Sequence record: MT350293.1
Origin: Enterococcus phage EFA-2
Direction: 5' to 3' (one strand)
Length of the DNA stretch: 39,964 nucleotides
Part shown: piece by piece, positions 10,099-20,440 of the stretch
Layout: every line of letters starts with the position of its first letter
How positions within the stretch are numbered: the first letter of the stretch is position 1
The notes under the pieces: model-generated
What the model was told of the DNA's origin: nothing
Seen by the model: only the letters and a program-made list of their open reading frames with translations
Databases searched by the model: none
Position numbers and translations under genes: made by a program

Positions 10099-12342
10099 TT
10101 ACTCCTTACGTCCGTAGATGAACTTAGGAGTCTGTTTACGTTTCTCTCGGACTCGTTTAGCAGCAGCTTCACGGGCCTTCGTAGCGGCAACTATAGGTGC
10201 TCGCTTGTTAACATCAGCCAGAGCCTTCTCACGAGCGTTCTCTTCGAGTTTCTTCTGGTTCTCACTCCAGACCTTAGAGAGTAACTCTTTGTCGTATCGG
10301 ACTCGGACTTGACCGGTGGTGTCCATAAGATAAATGGAGTCACCTTGGGAGTACATGGTAAGTTGCTTGTTGGTTATCCAAGGGTTGCTCGCAATGATTC
10401 CCTTACGTGCTTCCTCCAGAATATCACGACCTTGTTCCCATGATTTCGGGTCAGAGTTGACTTGCATCAGTTTCTTCGGAATTACACCAACAGTATCGCC
10501 ATCAACATCATCGACAGTGAACGTGTAGGTAGATTCCTTAAGGAACTTGGTCATTTGCTCCATAGCCATGCTTTCGTTACCTGAGCGATACTTAACGGAG
10601 TCATAAATCTTACGCGCAGATTCACGAAGTGACGCTGGCATACGGGCAATCTCAGGAGCCGTAGAGCTATTCAGTGCAGACTCGAATGCTTTATCGTCCT
10701 CGAAGCGTTGTTCTTTGGAACGTTTGGCAGTCAGTCGGTCAGCGTCAAGAATAACCTGAGGGTCAATGCCCTGCTTGTCCATCATGTCCATCGTCAGGAA
10801 TAACTCAGCTTGGTCTGGGTACAGCGCAGCAATCAACTGAGGGTCGGCATTACGGATTCTACGTAGAGCATCCAAAGCTGGTGTTCGTTCAGGTAACTTA
10901 CCGTTAATCACAGCGGCAGACCACTCTTGACTAGCGTCAGTCACCATAGTTCCGATTGCGGTACGGAATGCACCATCCTTAGAGTCAGCTTGAAGGTATT
11001 TCAACTTCATCATGTCCTTGGCGCTATCTGGGATGTCCATACGGTCAATCTCAGCGAGCTTCTTATTGGCGTAGTTAACCATATCGCTATGCTTGAACTC
11101 GCCCGTGTTCTCGTTGACTGGCATATCCTTAAAGTCCGTTGAGACCCACTCACCGTTGATTCGCTTCTGGAACTGCTTGTCGATTACGTCAAGTTTGTTC
11201 ATTGACTTCATAGAGTCATCAAGAGCCTTGGCCTGAGCTTTCGTCCATGCGTTCATCTGATTCTGAACTTGCTCCTGTGCTGAGATTAACCACTCACGTT
11301 GCGGTGTCATCTGCTCATCAGGTTGCACCTTATCGAGTTCAGCCTTGATACCTTGAAGCATCTCCCACGCAATACGAGGGTCTTCTTGGTTCAGCGCAGA
11401 GTTAATCTTCAAGCGATACTGCTCGTTCATCTTAGCGTCATTCTCAAACTGAGAACGTTGCGCTGTCACCATGAGAGCATTCCACTGTTCTTCACCCATT
11501 AACTCGCGGTAAGTCGTAGTGGCCCCGTTAAGTGTTACCTTCTTGTCACCCACTCGCATCAGGAAGTCAGCACCACCAGCGCGGCTAGAAGCGTCACTGA
11601 ACGCTTGGCTTATAAGCTGTGTTGCTTGGGCGTCCGATGGGATTGCCCCAGTAACCAGACCGTTGTCGATGTACTTCTCAAAGAAGTCAGCAGAGTCTGG
11701 GCGGCGAAGCATGTCAGGGTCTTGAAGGACACCGTTGAGTTCCACTCGGCTGTTCATGATGGCACCCTTCTGAGCTTGCTGGCTCAAGAAGTTATCGTGC
11801 GCCCCATACAGCGAGATGTTACGCTCAGTGATGTCCCCATTGAACCCACGCTGATAATCAACGTCATCAGGGTTAATCCCGAACTGCTCAGCGTATGCCT
11901 TAGCGCCCTCTTGAAGACGACTGTGGCGATACTCTTCCATCTCTTCACGAGTACGGAATACACCCTCTTTAATCTTCTGCATAACGTCATCGTCCACAAG
12001 GTACGCAGCGTTACGACCAGTCTTGACTCGCAGTGCTTCCATAGCGTATGGGTCATCCTGATACAGAAGGGTTCCGTTGTTGAGAGCTTCTCGGCGTTGC
12101 TCAGGAGTCAGCTTACGGATAATCTCGTTTGAGCGTTCATCGGCTAGGTCGCGTGCTCGTTGCTCCTTAGCGGCATACATATCAGCACCAGCCTTAGCGA
12201 ACCGACCAATGGTGTCTAATAGGCTCGACTTTGGCTGTTCGGCCTGAGTGGTTGCTGCACGATAGCCCATACCACCAGTCCCACCACGTAACCGAGAGAG
12301 TCCAGGTTGTACCGCTTGGAGGGCAGATTCAATCTTACTCAT
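10099..12342 (-). CDS. 15: Internal virion protein C (747 aa)
   Basis: Matches T7 gp15 as recalled. Confidence 0.93.
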   Translation of the reverse strand: MSKIESALQAVQPGLSRLRGGTGGMGYRAATTQAEQPKSSLLDTIGRFAKAGADMYAAKEQRARDLADERSNEIIRKLTPEQRREALNNGTLLYQDDPYAMEALRVKTGRNAAYLVDDDVMQKIKEGVFRTREEMEEYRHSRLQEGAKAYAEQFGINPDDVDYQRGFNGDITERNISLYGAHDNFLSQQAQKGAIMNSRVELNGVLQDPDMLRRPDSADFFEKYIDNGLVTGAIPSDAQATQLISQAFSDASSRAGGADFLMRVGDKKVTLNGATTTYRELMGEEQWNALMVTAQRSQFENDAKMNEQYRLKINSALNQEDPRIAWEMLQGIKAELDKVQPDEQMTPQREWLISAQEQVQNQMNAWTKAQAKALDDSMKSMNKLDVIDKQFQKRINGEWVSTDFKDMPVNENTGEFKHSDMVNYANKKLAEIDRMDIPDSAKDMMKLKYLQADSKDGAFRTAIGTMVTDASQEWSAAVINGKLPERTPALDALRRIRNADPQLIAALYPDQAELFLTMDMMDKQGIDPQVILDADRLTAKRSKEQRFEDDKAFESALNSSTAPEIARMPASLRESARKIYDSVKYRSGNESMAMEQMTKFLKESTYTFTVDDVDGDTVGVIPKKLMQVNSDPKSWEQGRDILEEARKGIIASNPWITNKQLTMYSQGDSIYLMDTTGQVRVRYDKELLSKVWSENQKKLEENAREKALADVNKRAPIVAATKAREAAAKRVREKRKQTPKFIYGRKE

Positions 12343-12348
12343 AATTCA

Positions 12349-12939
12349 TTACCTCCCCGTCTTGGTTCCTTTAGCGGCAACAATAGGTGCCTTATTTGTT
12401 GACTTAGAGTCGAACGCGCCGGATGCATAAGCACTCGCAGTTGCAGACCCCATGATAGCCAGAGGGTCAAGAACCATCTGTAGCTTACTCTTCTGTTTCT
12501 GTTCGCCCTTATAGATTTCATCAATCTGGCTTGCAGCACTTTGAGTACCACCGAGTTGCTGTGCGAAGATTGCTTGGTAGTCACGGCGATAGTTCTCAGT
12601 TACCATGTTGGCTTCCCGAATGAACTGACCCTCAGTGACTCGCTTGATACGGTCCATTGAGGCACCTTCAAGCATACTCTCTCCGATAGCCGCTCGGATT
12701 GACCCCATAGCTTGGACCTTCTGCATGTTCTGAGAGGTCAACTCAGAGGACGCTTCCTCAAGGCGACTTCGAGCTTGCAACGATAGGTCAGCATTCTGGA
12801 TGTTCGTCTGTCTCATAAGTTCCATAGCTTGACGGCGACCAGCGGCTGTCTGTGAGGCAATCATTTTAGCTTGAGCGTTCTGACTACCTACGGCCTGAGC
12901 GCCAGCTATAGCGATAGGGATTGCGGCTGCCCAACACAT
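12349..12939 (-). CDS. 14: Internal virion protein B (196 aa)
   Basis: MCWAAAIPIAIAGAQA... matches T7 gp14. Confidence 0.93.
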   Translation of the reverse strand: MCWAAAIPIAIAGAQAVGSQNAQAKMIASQTAAGRRQAMELMRQTNIQNADLSLQARSRLEEASSELTSQNMQKVQAMGSIRAAIGESMLEGASMDRIKRVTEGQFIREANMVTENYRRDYQAIFAQQLGGTQSAASQIDEIYKGEQKQKSKLQMVLDPLAIMGSATASAYASGAFDSKSTNKAPIVAAKGTKTGR

Positions 12940-13358
12940 AAATCACCCTCCTTCGTTATTGTGAATAGTTGAAATTGACCATCTCGTGTGTACTCTTCAT
13001 GGAATACCGCACCGATAGTCTTGAGGAAACGAATGTGGGACGTATTACCTACCCATACGTAATTCCAAAGAGTATCATACTTCTCAAGCATCTTATCGCG
13101 ATACTCCATGATTAACTTACGGAACTCTCGCTTAGCTTTTCCACTAAGTCGCCACACTTGGTCGCTCGTTACGAACCAGCACTGGTCCCCGCAGTTACCA
13201 CCAATGGCTAGAGGGAACCCATAGAGGCTCAACGTGACACACTCGGAAGCATCAGGGAAACTCGGCTCAATACCAGCAGCCTTAGCTTCAAGAATGTCAT
13301 GGTGAGCCGGAGTGAATACCTCAAAGTCTGTACTTTTAGTAGGTCTTATAATCATCAT
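12906..13358 (-). CDS. 13: Internal virion protein A / gp13 (150 aa, C-terminal 12-aa extension overlapping gene 14)
   Basis: Matches T7 gp13 up to ...FTITK; the stop is displaced so the ORF runs 34 nt into gene 14. Confidence 0.85.
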   Translation of the reverse strand: MMIIRPTKSTDFEVFTPAHHDILEAKAAGIEPSFPDASECVTLSLYGFPLAIGGNCGDQCWFVTSDQVWRLSGKAKREFRKLIMEYRDKMLEKYDTLWNYVWVGNTSHIRFLKTIGAVFHEEYTRDGQFQLFTITKEGDLCVGQPQSLSL

Positions 13359-13385
13359 AAGAAAACCCTCCCGTAGTCGTATTGT

Positions 13386-13408
13386 TCTCCCTATAGTGAG
13401 TCGTATTA
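13386..13408 (-). promoter_or_regulatory. T7 RNAP promoter phi13
   Basis: rc = TAATACGACTCACTATAGGGAGA. Confidence 0.85.
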
Positions 13409-13438
13409 ATTTCGAGACACCACAGGGAGAACATTCAA

Positions 13439-15829
13439 TTAAATACCGGAACTTCTCCGTAAGTAGTTACCTTCCCAGCCACATCCAATGATGTTCAGCG
13501 GGGTAGTCTCATCAGACAAGATGGACACTGTATTGAACTTGGCATTACCCACCACAGGGAATCGGTATTGTCCGGTCCCTAAGTTCAATCTCCCAGCCCT
13601 CAGAGTGTTAGAGCCTAAGCGAGCACCAGCCATTGTGTACTTCCAGTTGGACGATTGGTTCTCGACATAAATGTCAAACGCCCCAGAGTTCTCATAGTTA
13701 ACCCACGCTCGGCGTAACTGCAAGCGCCCAATGTCTTCCGTGGAGGTAGACCCATCGTCGGCAGTTTGCTTGATGAGGAACTTAGAGAACTCATAGACGA
13801 AGTCGATGTTGAACCCAATGTACACCATACGTCCCTCTAAGTTACCGTCTAGTCTCAGCCAAGGGTCGCTTTGCCACCCAGCAGTAGGTTGCTCAAAGAC
13901 GGTTATCTTACCGTCAGGCTCCAATACAGTGATTTTGCCCCTACCGAAGTTTGCACCATAGATTGTTGGCAGGTGAATCGAGGTAGTATAGGTATCATCG
14001 TTGTATGTTCCGCTAGGAATCGTGTAGCGAATCTTCATGTCCATAAAGGCACGGTAAGGTTCTCCTTGTAAGTCAATGGCGTTCTTAGTGAAAGATATTT
14101 TAGCTAGGAACGTATTGAACTCATTACGAAGAATGACGTACATATCTGAGCTTATACTCTGACAAGCTAGAACCTGTACGTTGGCCCCAAAGTCCCAGTG
14201 AGACCACGACTGTTGCCTTAACTCTTCGTTCAGGTACAGGAATTTGTACATGAAGATTTTGCTAGGGTCCCCTTGAGATAATACCGAACAGAAGTTTTCC
14301 GTGCCACTACCGCAAATACTAAACACGCCATTTGGGATGTAGTTAGGAACGTGCGCTGTGATGTCCTCAGCGTTCTTAACGGAACTTACATCCTGCACAG
14401 CGTAGTATCTGTGGATGGACGTGAAGCTGGACCTAGGACTTGCAAAGTAGACATTGCGCCCAATCCCATAAGGTCTCGCTCTGTCCTGTACATCAAACTG
14501 GGTCGTTAGGTTCAACTCAACGGACTTCGACGTTAGAGTGCCGGAAGCAGTCAGGACGAATTGTGCTTCATCGGACCAGATGAGTAACTCCTCTGAGAAC
14601 GGAACGGCGTACTTGAGGATTGCTATACGGTTAGTACTCACAGCTACGTCTATAGGGTCATCGTCGCTCAGGTTTGCGACTGACGCTGGGAAGAAGTTGA
14701 AGTACTTCGCTGTTCGACTCAAGATGATATTCTCCCCACTTAGGAAGCCCAAACGGTTGCGGAAGAAGAACACATCGTTGATTGTGGAGCCGACAAACGA
14801 AGGGTAAGGGTTCGTGTCCAAGTCACCACAGGTCCTAAAGTTCCATGTCAGGGCCTTAAATTCAAAGTTACCATCTGAAGCCCGAACTAGGGCGTGTGGC
14901 ATGGTGCTAAAGGTATATCCAAGTTTTGTGTTCCACCCAACAACTTCCTTCCACACTTTGCGGGTAGAATCATATTGTACATAGTATTGGTCAGCGGACT
15001 TAGAGGAATCTCCCACGATTTTAACAATGTAACCGTCAGGGGCGTTCTGTGGTAGTTTGGAAAATGTCTGTACATAGTGTGTTACAGGATAAATCAGTTG
15101 GTCAGCATAACCGTCCTCTGTAGAGATGTCTCTAATATCTTCCAAAGCTGGTGCGATTATGTGGACGAAACCCTGTCCGACGTTAAATGTCCACCCGTAC
15201 TGACCGAGGCCGTCCCTGAGTTGTCTCGCTAACTCATTGGCAATCCACTGTGCATCTGTTTCGTTAACATGCTGAGGTACTGAGCCGTCTGGGATGAGTA
15301 ATGTAGCATGAACTGTACCGTTAATCCGAACTCTCAAGGTCCTACCATATTGTCCACCACGAACAACCACTAAAGCGTCCCCTTTATCCCTAAAGTTTCC
15401 ACCATTAGATACCTCGGTTGACTCTGTGATAGTAATGTTTTTATTGACCACAAAAGTGTAGTCGGCTACTGTGACCATCCTCAGGTCGTTTCTAGGGTTC
15501 TCTGTCCGAATATACCAATCTCCGTCTGGTAATCTAACCTCCTTCTCGTTACCAGCAAGGTCGAACACTCTGATTCCACTACCAGTGAACACAGCGTAAT
15601 ACTGTTCGTTCTCATCACGGTTAATCAGGTGGATGTACGGAGCTTGGCCTAACGCACCGCTGTCTCCAAGTGTCTTAAGGAAAACCATAGGTGGACGCTT
15701 TTGGAGGCCCTCGGTCTCCGAAGACCAACCGTTAATTTGTCGTGCCCCTTGGTCTGGATAACGAAGGATGTCAGGCTGTTGGCTGATACCACCCTTCAAG
15801 TTCTTGATTGATTGGCTAATGAGCGCCAT
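13439..15829 (-). CDS. 12: Tail tubular protein B (796 aa)
   Basis: Matches T7 gp12. Confidence 0.95.
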   Translation of the reverse strand: MALISQSIKNLKGGISQQPDILRYPDQGARQINGWSSETEGLQKRPPMVFLKTLGDSGALGQAPYIHLINRDENEQYYAVFTGSGIRVFDLAGNEKEVRLPDGDWYIRTENPRNDLRMVTVADYTFVVNKNITITESTEVSNGGNFRDKGDALVVVRGGQYGRTLRVRINGTVHATLLIPDGSVPQHVNETDAQWIANELARQLRDGLGQYGWTFNVGQGFVHIIAPALEDIRDISTEDGYADQLIYPVTHYVQTFSKLPQNAPDGYIVKIVGDSSKSADQYYVQYDSTRKVWKEVVGWNTKLGYTFSTMPHALVRASDGNFEFKALTWNFRTCGDLDTNPYPSFVGSTINDVFFFRNRLGFLSGENIILSRTAKYFNFFPASVANLSDDDPIDVAVSTNRIAILKYAVPFSEELLIWSDEAQFVLTASGTLTSKSVELNLTTQFDVQDRARPYGIGRNVYFASPRSSFTSIHRYYAVQDVSSVKNAEDITAHVPNYIPNGVFSICGSGTENFCSVLSQGDPSKIFMYKFLYLNEELRQQSWSHWDFGANVQVLACQSISSDMYVILRNEFNTFLAKISFTKNAIDLQGEPYRAFMDMKIRYTIPSGTYNDDTYTTSIHLPTIYGANFGRGKITVLEPDGKITVFEQPTAGWQSDPWLRLDGNLEGRMVYIGFNIDFVYEFSKFLIKQTADDGSTSTEDIGRLQLRRAWVNYENSGAFDIYVENQSSNWKYTMAGARLGSNTLRAGRLNLGTGQYRFPVVGNAKFNTVSILSDETTPLNIIGCGWEGNYLRRSSGI

Positions 15830-15852
15830 TAGAGCCTCCTTATTTATTACTA

Positions 15853-16443
15853 TTAGCGATTCAGTAGACCAGAAGTGAACGCATCACCCTCAAGCATGTT
15901 ATACCCGCCATAGTCCACCTCGTACTCCATGCAGAGACGTCGAGCCTCATCTTCCTCTTCTTGAAGTACACCCTCTACTTCTGGTGCCCCAAAGAATCGG
16001 TTGTTGAACTGACGGGAGGCCTTGGTGACAATCCAATAGCGGAAGCATTCAGGCATCTCATCGTAGTCACGGAGGCGAATAATGTTAACGGTAATGCCAG
16101 AGTCAAAGCGGTCTGTTTGGCTCGTTCGGTCATACACATAGCCACCTCGGTTAACGTAGACGGATTGACCAGAAGTAGCCATTAGGGATAAGTAGTCATC
16201 GCTGTACACAATCAGGTTGGAGTAAACATCAGGTAATAGCGTTATGCCTTCCTCAATGTTGAACGTCCAGCCACGAGACTGAATCTGTCGGTTAATCTTG
16301 TTGAGAATACGACGAGCGTTCGCTACATCCGCGTTAGCGTCACCCTCAAGCGTCGATACCGGAGGTTCACCGATAGATGCCAGAATGTCGTTCACAGCGG
16401 ATAACTCAGCGGCAGTCTCAACGTTCATATCGTATGAGCGCAT
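15853..16443 (-). CDS. 11: Tail tubular protein A (196 aa)
   Basis: Matches T7 gp11. Confidence 0.95.
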   Translation of the reverse strand: MRSYDMNVETAAELSAVNDILASIGEPPVSTLEGDANADVANARRILNKINRQIQSRGWTFNIEEGITLLPDVYSNLIVYSDDYLSLMATSGQSVYVNRGGYVYDRTSQTDRFDSGITVNIIRLRDYDEMPECFRYWIVTKASRQFNNRFFGAPEVEGVLQEEEDEARRLCMEYEVDYGGYNMLEGDAFTSGLLNR

Positions 16444-16460
16444 AAAGTTCCTCCTTTAAG

Positions 16461-16508
16461 CAAAAAACCCCTCAAGACCCGTTTAGAGGCCCCAAGGGGT
16501 TATGCTAG
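16461..16508 (-). terminator. Tphi late terminator (rho-independent hairpin + U-tract)
   Basis: rc = CTAGCATAACCCCTTGGGGCCTCTAAACGGGTCTTGAGGGGTTTTTTG, directly after the 10B stop. Confidence 0.9.
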
Positions 16509-17698
16509 TTATTGCTCAGCGGCGGCAGCAGCCAACTCAGCTTCCTTTCGGGCTTTGTTAGCAGCGCGTGTGCGTGCGGCCTTCTGTGCTGGCGTTAAGG
16601 TTTCTTCGATTGAAGTAACACTCACCTCTTCGGGACTAGCAGCGACCGTTGAGGCCACTCCCAGCATTACTCCCCAGCGAAAACCACCGCACCAGCAGCT
16701 TCTGGGCGCAGACCACCGTGACCCATCGCGTACTTAGCGATAATCTGGTCCGCTTGGAAGTTAGCGCGGCGAGCACGCTCCAGAGCCAAGTCACGCAGCT
16801 TCACAGTACCTACCGCAGAGCGGTGCATGAACAGGCCGATAACGTTGTCCTGAGCAACCTTGACAGCACCGCTCGCAGTTGCAGGGAAGGCGTGCTTCTG
16901 GCCCGTGGCATCCTCACGAGTAGTACCAGCGCCACCAGCGGTGAGGTGTGGGACCTCTACAACCTCAAAGCCCATAACGTTGCGGATAGAACCCTTCTCA
17001 GGGTCAATCAGAGCAGCGTAGTTTGCCGCGTTCGGCATCAGTGCTGCCAGAATCGCAGAGTAGCTATCAGGGTCGCAGTAGAACACACGGTCAGCAGCCG
17101 GAACGTAGTTCTTGGTCAGGGCAGCGCGAGCCTTGGTCAGGGCAGCGATAATCTCCTTACCCAGAGCTACTTGGTCGGCAATTGCAGCCTTGGCCTGAGT
17201 GGTCTCAATAACAGTAGCAGAGCCTAGACCAGCAATGTTCTCATCAGAGGCGCTCGCCAAGTTACACAGACCAGCAATCTCAGCCAGAACAGCACCATCA
17301 GCAGCCATCGCCAGAGATTCACCCAACTGAGAGGTATACTCAGAGCGAACGTCATAGTGGTTCATCGCGTCCTCAATATCGTAAATCAGAACGTCAGCCG
17401 TCAGGAGACCATCAATGGTGATTACCTTCTCGGTGTGTTTGATGTCTTTACGTTTATCGTCGAGGTTCTCACCCGGAGCCAGATAAGCTGCCTGAGTGCG
17501 GCCCAGAACAGGGAACTGAGCAGATTTACCGCTGGAGATGGAACGAACCATGTGGCGAGAAGTGGTCACAGAGGTACGTGCGAATGCAGTCAGAACTTCA
17601 CCACCGAATACTTTCAGGAACAGCGCTAGTTTGTCGGAACCGCTCGCACCTTTACCTTGGTTAGTACCCAGTTGCTGTCCACCAGTCATGTTAGCCAT
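16509..17698 (-). CDS. 10B: Minor capsid protein 10B via programmed -1 frameshift at GGTTTTC (slip site ~16679-16685)
   Basis: Slippery GGTTTTC is conserved. Manual -1 frame translation gives RWGVMLGVASTVAASPEEVSVTSIEETLTPAQKAARTRAANKARKEAELAAAAAEQ* ending at the TAA at 16509-16511 next to Tphi, as in T7. Confidence 0.7.
16667..17698 (-). CDS. 10A: Major capsid protein 10A (343 aa)
   Basis: MANMTGGQQLGTNQGKG... matches T7 gp10A; strong RBS AAGAAGGAGA. Confidence 0.95.
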   Translation of the reverse strand: MANMTGGQQLGTNQGKGASGSDKLALFLKVFGGEVLTAFARTSVTTSRHMVRSISSGKSAQFPVLGRTQAAYLAPGENLDDKRKDIKHTEKVITIDGLLTADVLIYDIEDAMNHYDVRSEYTSQLGESLAMAADGAVLAEIAGLCNLASASDENIAGLGSATVIETTQAKAAIADQVALGKEIIAALTKARAALTKNYVPAADRVFYCDPDSYSAILAALMPNAANYAALIDPEKGSIRNVMGFEVVEVPHLTAGGAGTTREDATGQKHAFPATASGAVKVAQDNVIGLFMHRSAVGTVKLRDLALERARRANFQADQIIAKYAMGHGGLRPEAAGAVVFAGE

Positions 17699-17746
17699 AT
17701 GTATGTCTCCTTCTTAAAGTTAAACAAGAATGATTTCTAGAGGGAA

Positions 17747-17769
17747 ACCGTTGTGGTCTCCATATAGTG
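17747..17769 (-). promoter_or_regulatory. T7 RNAP promoter phi10 (variant: +1 T instead of G)
   Basis: rc = TAATACGACTCACTATATGGAGA; -17..-1 are consensus but +1 is T; followed by the GGAGACCACAACGGTTTCCC 5' hairpin. Confidence 0.8.
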
Positions 17770-17792
17770 AGTCGTATTAATTTCAGAGTCTA

Positions 17793-18716
17793 TCAGAAGT
17801 TCGAATCGATTACTTTCTGTTCGACTTGACGACGATAGTTGGCATCCGTGCGATACCGAGGGTCACTCATAGCTTTAATCATCTCGCTACGGTCCGCAAA
17901 GCCTTCACGCTTGGTAGCCTGAGGTTTAGCCGGAATAGCGCGACTAGTCACACTACGAGTTGGCTTACGACCAAATGCCTTAGCGCGAGACTCACCAGCC
18001 AAGTTGATGATAGCCTTAACGGTCGCTAAGTCACGATTGGTCAGCGCATTGTCCAGCGACTGTGCAGCCTCAGGGTTGTGCGTCTCAAGGTGATTGTACA
18101 GCGCATCAAAACGCTCACGACCACCAGCGTACTCAATGACACTGTTTACGTACTGCTCCACCAGAGCTTCTTGACCGCGAATGTACGAGTCAATGAAAGC
18201 CTTAGTGTAGCCAATTTCAGCCAGCTTAGCGTAGGACTCAGCGGACAACTCTTCGTTCTCCTCGTACTCACGCTGGATGGCCTCGATTGTCTCAGCACTC
18301 ATGCCGCGCTCGGCAGCAATGTTAATCATCTCTTGGAAGCCTTCTTCGTGCTCACCAAGTTGCTCAGAGGCTGCTACCAGTTCTTCTGGAGTCTCACCCA
18401 GCGGTGTAAACTCTTCGGAACCCTCGGTGCCCTCAAAGTCTTCTTCTCCAGCATCAACGTCGGTCGGCTCAGAGCCATCACCAATGCGAACCTGAATGCG
18501 CCCCTCATCGTCCTCTTGACCGAATGGGTCAGAGTTGTCATACAGGTCACGTTCAGTTTCCGCTTCGTCTGACGCTAACTCGATTGCATCATCGCCATCA
18601 CGGGCAGCAACATCGAGAGCCAGCATATTCTGCTCATGTTCCTCAACGGAACCACCAGACATCACAGCGGAGTTCACGCCAAAAGATGCATATACGTCTG
18701 CATTAGATTCAGCCAT
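17793..18716 (-). CDS. 9: Capsid assembly / scaffolding protein (307 aa)
   Basis: Acidic; matches T7 gp9. Confidence 0.93.
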   Translation of the reverse strand: MAESNADVYASFGVNSAVMSGGSVEEHEQNMLALDVAARDGDDAIELASDEAETERDLYDNSDPFGQEDDEGRIQVRIGDGSEPTDVDAGEEDFEGTEGSEEFTPLGETPEELVAASEQLGEHEEGFQEMINIAAERGMSAETIEAIQREYEENEELSAESYAKLAEIGYTKAFIDSYIRGQEALVEQYVNSVIEYAGGRERFDALYNHLETHNPEAAQSLDNALTNRDLATVKAIINLAGESRAKAFGRKPTRSVTSRAIPAKPQATKREGFADRSEMIKAMSDPRYRTDANYRRQVEQKVIDSNF

Positions 18717-18795
18717 TATTATTGTCTCCTTAAAGTTGAACTACAGGAAGACCGAGGACTCCAACCTCTTGTCATCGCTCATTTCAAAGATGAGG

Positions 18796-18818
18796 TCTCC
18801 CTATAGTGAGTCGTATTA
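18796..18818 (-). promoter_or_regulatory. T7 RNAP promoter phi9
   Basis: rc = TAATACGACTCACTATAGGGAGA. Confidence 0.85.
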
Positions 18819-20426
18819 AATGCCCGGCTGTAAACCTACGGAATCAGCGGCAGCAGCCATAGCCTCAGGAGAAGCTGTAGCCTGTGCAGCCATACCTTGA
18901 CCAAGCGCAGCAGCACCATTATCCATACCCATTTGCATAGCCTGTTGAGCCATCTTCTGTTGCTTCTGTTCTTCGGTAAGGAGGATACCAGAAGTGTCAA
19001 TACCGATAGCGTTAGCAATGCGCAGCTTAATAATTGCAAGGTTGATGTCAGGGTCATCGCGCATAGGAGCCAGAGAAGCCCACGCAGTTACGCAACGTTC
19101 CAGCTTATCAAGGTCTTGCCCTCGACCGATTGCTTCCAGACCTGTACTAATGGTTGGCTCTACGGCTTCCTTAGGTAACTCAGGAATCTGTTGCGTGGCT
19201 TGTAGTTGCTTCAAGAGCACTCGCACCAGAGGCAATTGTAATTCTTGAGAAAGGATAGAGTAGACACCACCCAAAGTATCTTCGAGTTCTGACGCAACAT
19301 ACCGAATCTCTTCGGCGGTCACACGTTCACCTGTGCGCTGAACCGCAGAGTTCAACATAAAGGCAAACGAAAGGCGAGCCTCAATAGCGTCACTGACAGC
19401 CTTGGCTACAGTAAAGTCTGCTTGCTTCTCCAGTTGGAGGAACGAGATGTCTTCTGGGCGACCAGTAACGAAGTCACCAGTCTGAGCCTTGGTCAGTCGG
19501 CGTGGCTGGGTAATACCAGCAGGATTCACTAATCCGATAACCTTAGAGCTAATCATAGACATCTTAACGATAGCCTCTTGGAGATTCTCAAGGGACCGTA
19601 AGTCACCCAAGTATTCCTCAATGTACGAACGACCATAGGATTCGCCGTCCAGTCGAACCATCCGAATCGGGATGTATGGGCAAGCCTCTTTAGGGTAAGA
19701 CCCATCGGAGCCTTGTACCTCCATGCCCTCGACCTCTTCGTACCGGAGGTATTCTCCTTTGTCCTCATCCAGATAGATGTGAGTGTACACGTCGATGGTC
19801 TCATCTGCTTTCTTCTCACCACCTTGACCTTCTACGGCCTTACGGATGTCCTCAGGGAGAGCGCCAAAAGCTATCTGGTCACGAGTCACCATTTGCAGAA
19901 CGTTGCCGAATGCGTCTCGTTGGACCACATAAGAAGACAATCGGTACAGCTTCATGGGATTGTAGTTTGACCCTTCTGGTTCCGGTAGGTACAGCAGGAC
20001 GTTACCCGCTACGACTAACTGCTTGAGAGCCTCAAAGAGAGTCACTCGGTAGCTGTTAGACTCAATGTAGTTCATGATGATACGCTCTACCATCGATAGA
20101 CCCTCATCAACCTTAGCGAGTCCATCGGGGTCATTCAGCAACTGTTTTGCCTCATACTCAGAGATGGTCAGCTTCATCCACGTTTGCATCGGGAATAGAG
20201 CCAACATGAGTTTAGAGGCCAAGTTATTGAGACCGCGAGCACCCACAGCTTGCCACGGAGTCGTGTAGTCTGTGGATGAGTTATCGGAATCCTTAGGGAA
20301 GAGGGACGGAATGGTGTACTGAGCGCAGTTTTGAGCACGAGTCTCATAAGGAGCGCGGTCGTTCTTCAATCGGTCATAAACGGACTTTGCGCCTTCCTCG
20401 GCTAGACCTGTACGCTTCTCAGCCAT
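18816..20426 (-). CDS. 8: Portal / head-tail connector protein (536 aa)
   Basis: Matches T7 gp8. Confidence 0.95.
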   Translation of the reverse strand: MAEKRTGLAEEGAKSVYDRLKNDRAPYETRAQNCAQYTIPSLFPKDSDNSSTDYTTPWQAVGARGLNNLASKLMLALFPMQTWMKLTISEYEAKQLLNDPDGLAKVDEGLSMVERIIMNYIESNSYRVTLFEALKQLVVAGNVLLYLPEPEGSNYNPMKLYRLSSYVVQRDAFGNVLQMVTRDQIAFGALPEDIRKAVEGQGGEKKADETIDVYTHIYLDEDKGEYLRYEEVEGMEVQGSDGSYPKEACPYIPIRMVRLDGESYGRSYIEEYLGDLRSLENLQEAIVKMSMISSKVIGLVNPAGITQPRRLTKAQTGDFVTGRPEDISFLQLEKQADFTVAKAVSDAIEARLSFAFMLNSAVQRTGERVTAEEIRYVASELEDTLGGVYSILSQELQLPLVRVLLKQLQATQQIPELPKEAVEPTISTGLEAIGRGQDLDKLERCVTAWASLAPMRDDPDINLAIIKLRIANAIGIDTSGILLTEEQKQQKMAQQAMQMGMDNGAAALGQGMAAQATASPEAMAAAADSVGLQPGI

Positions 20427-20440
20427 GTGTCACCTCCTGT

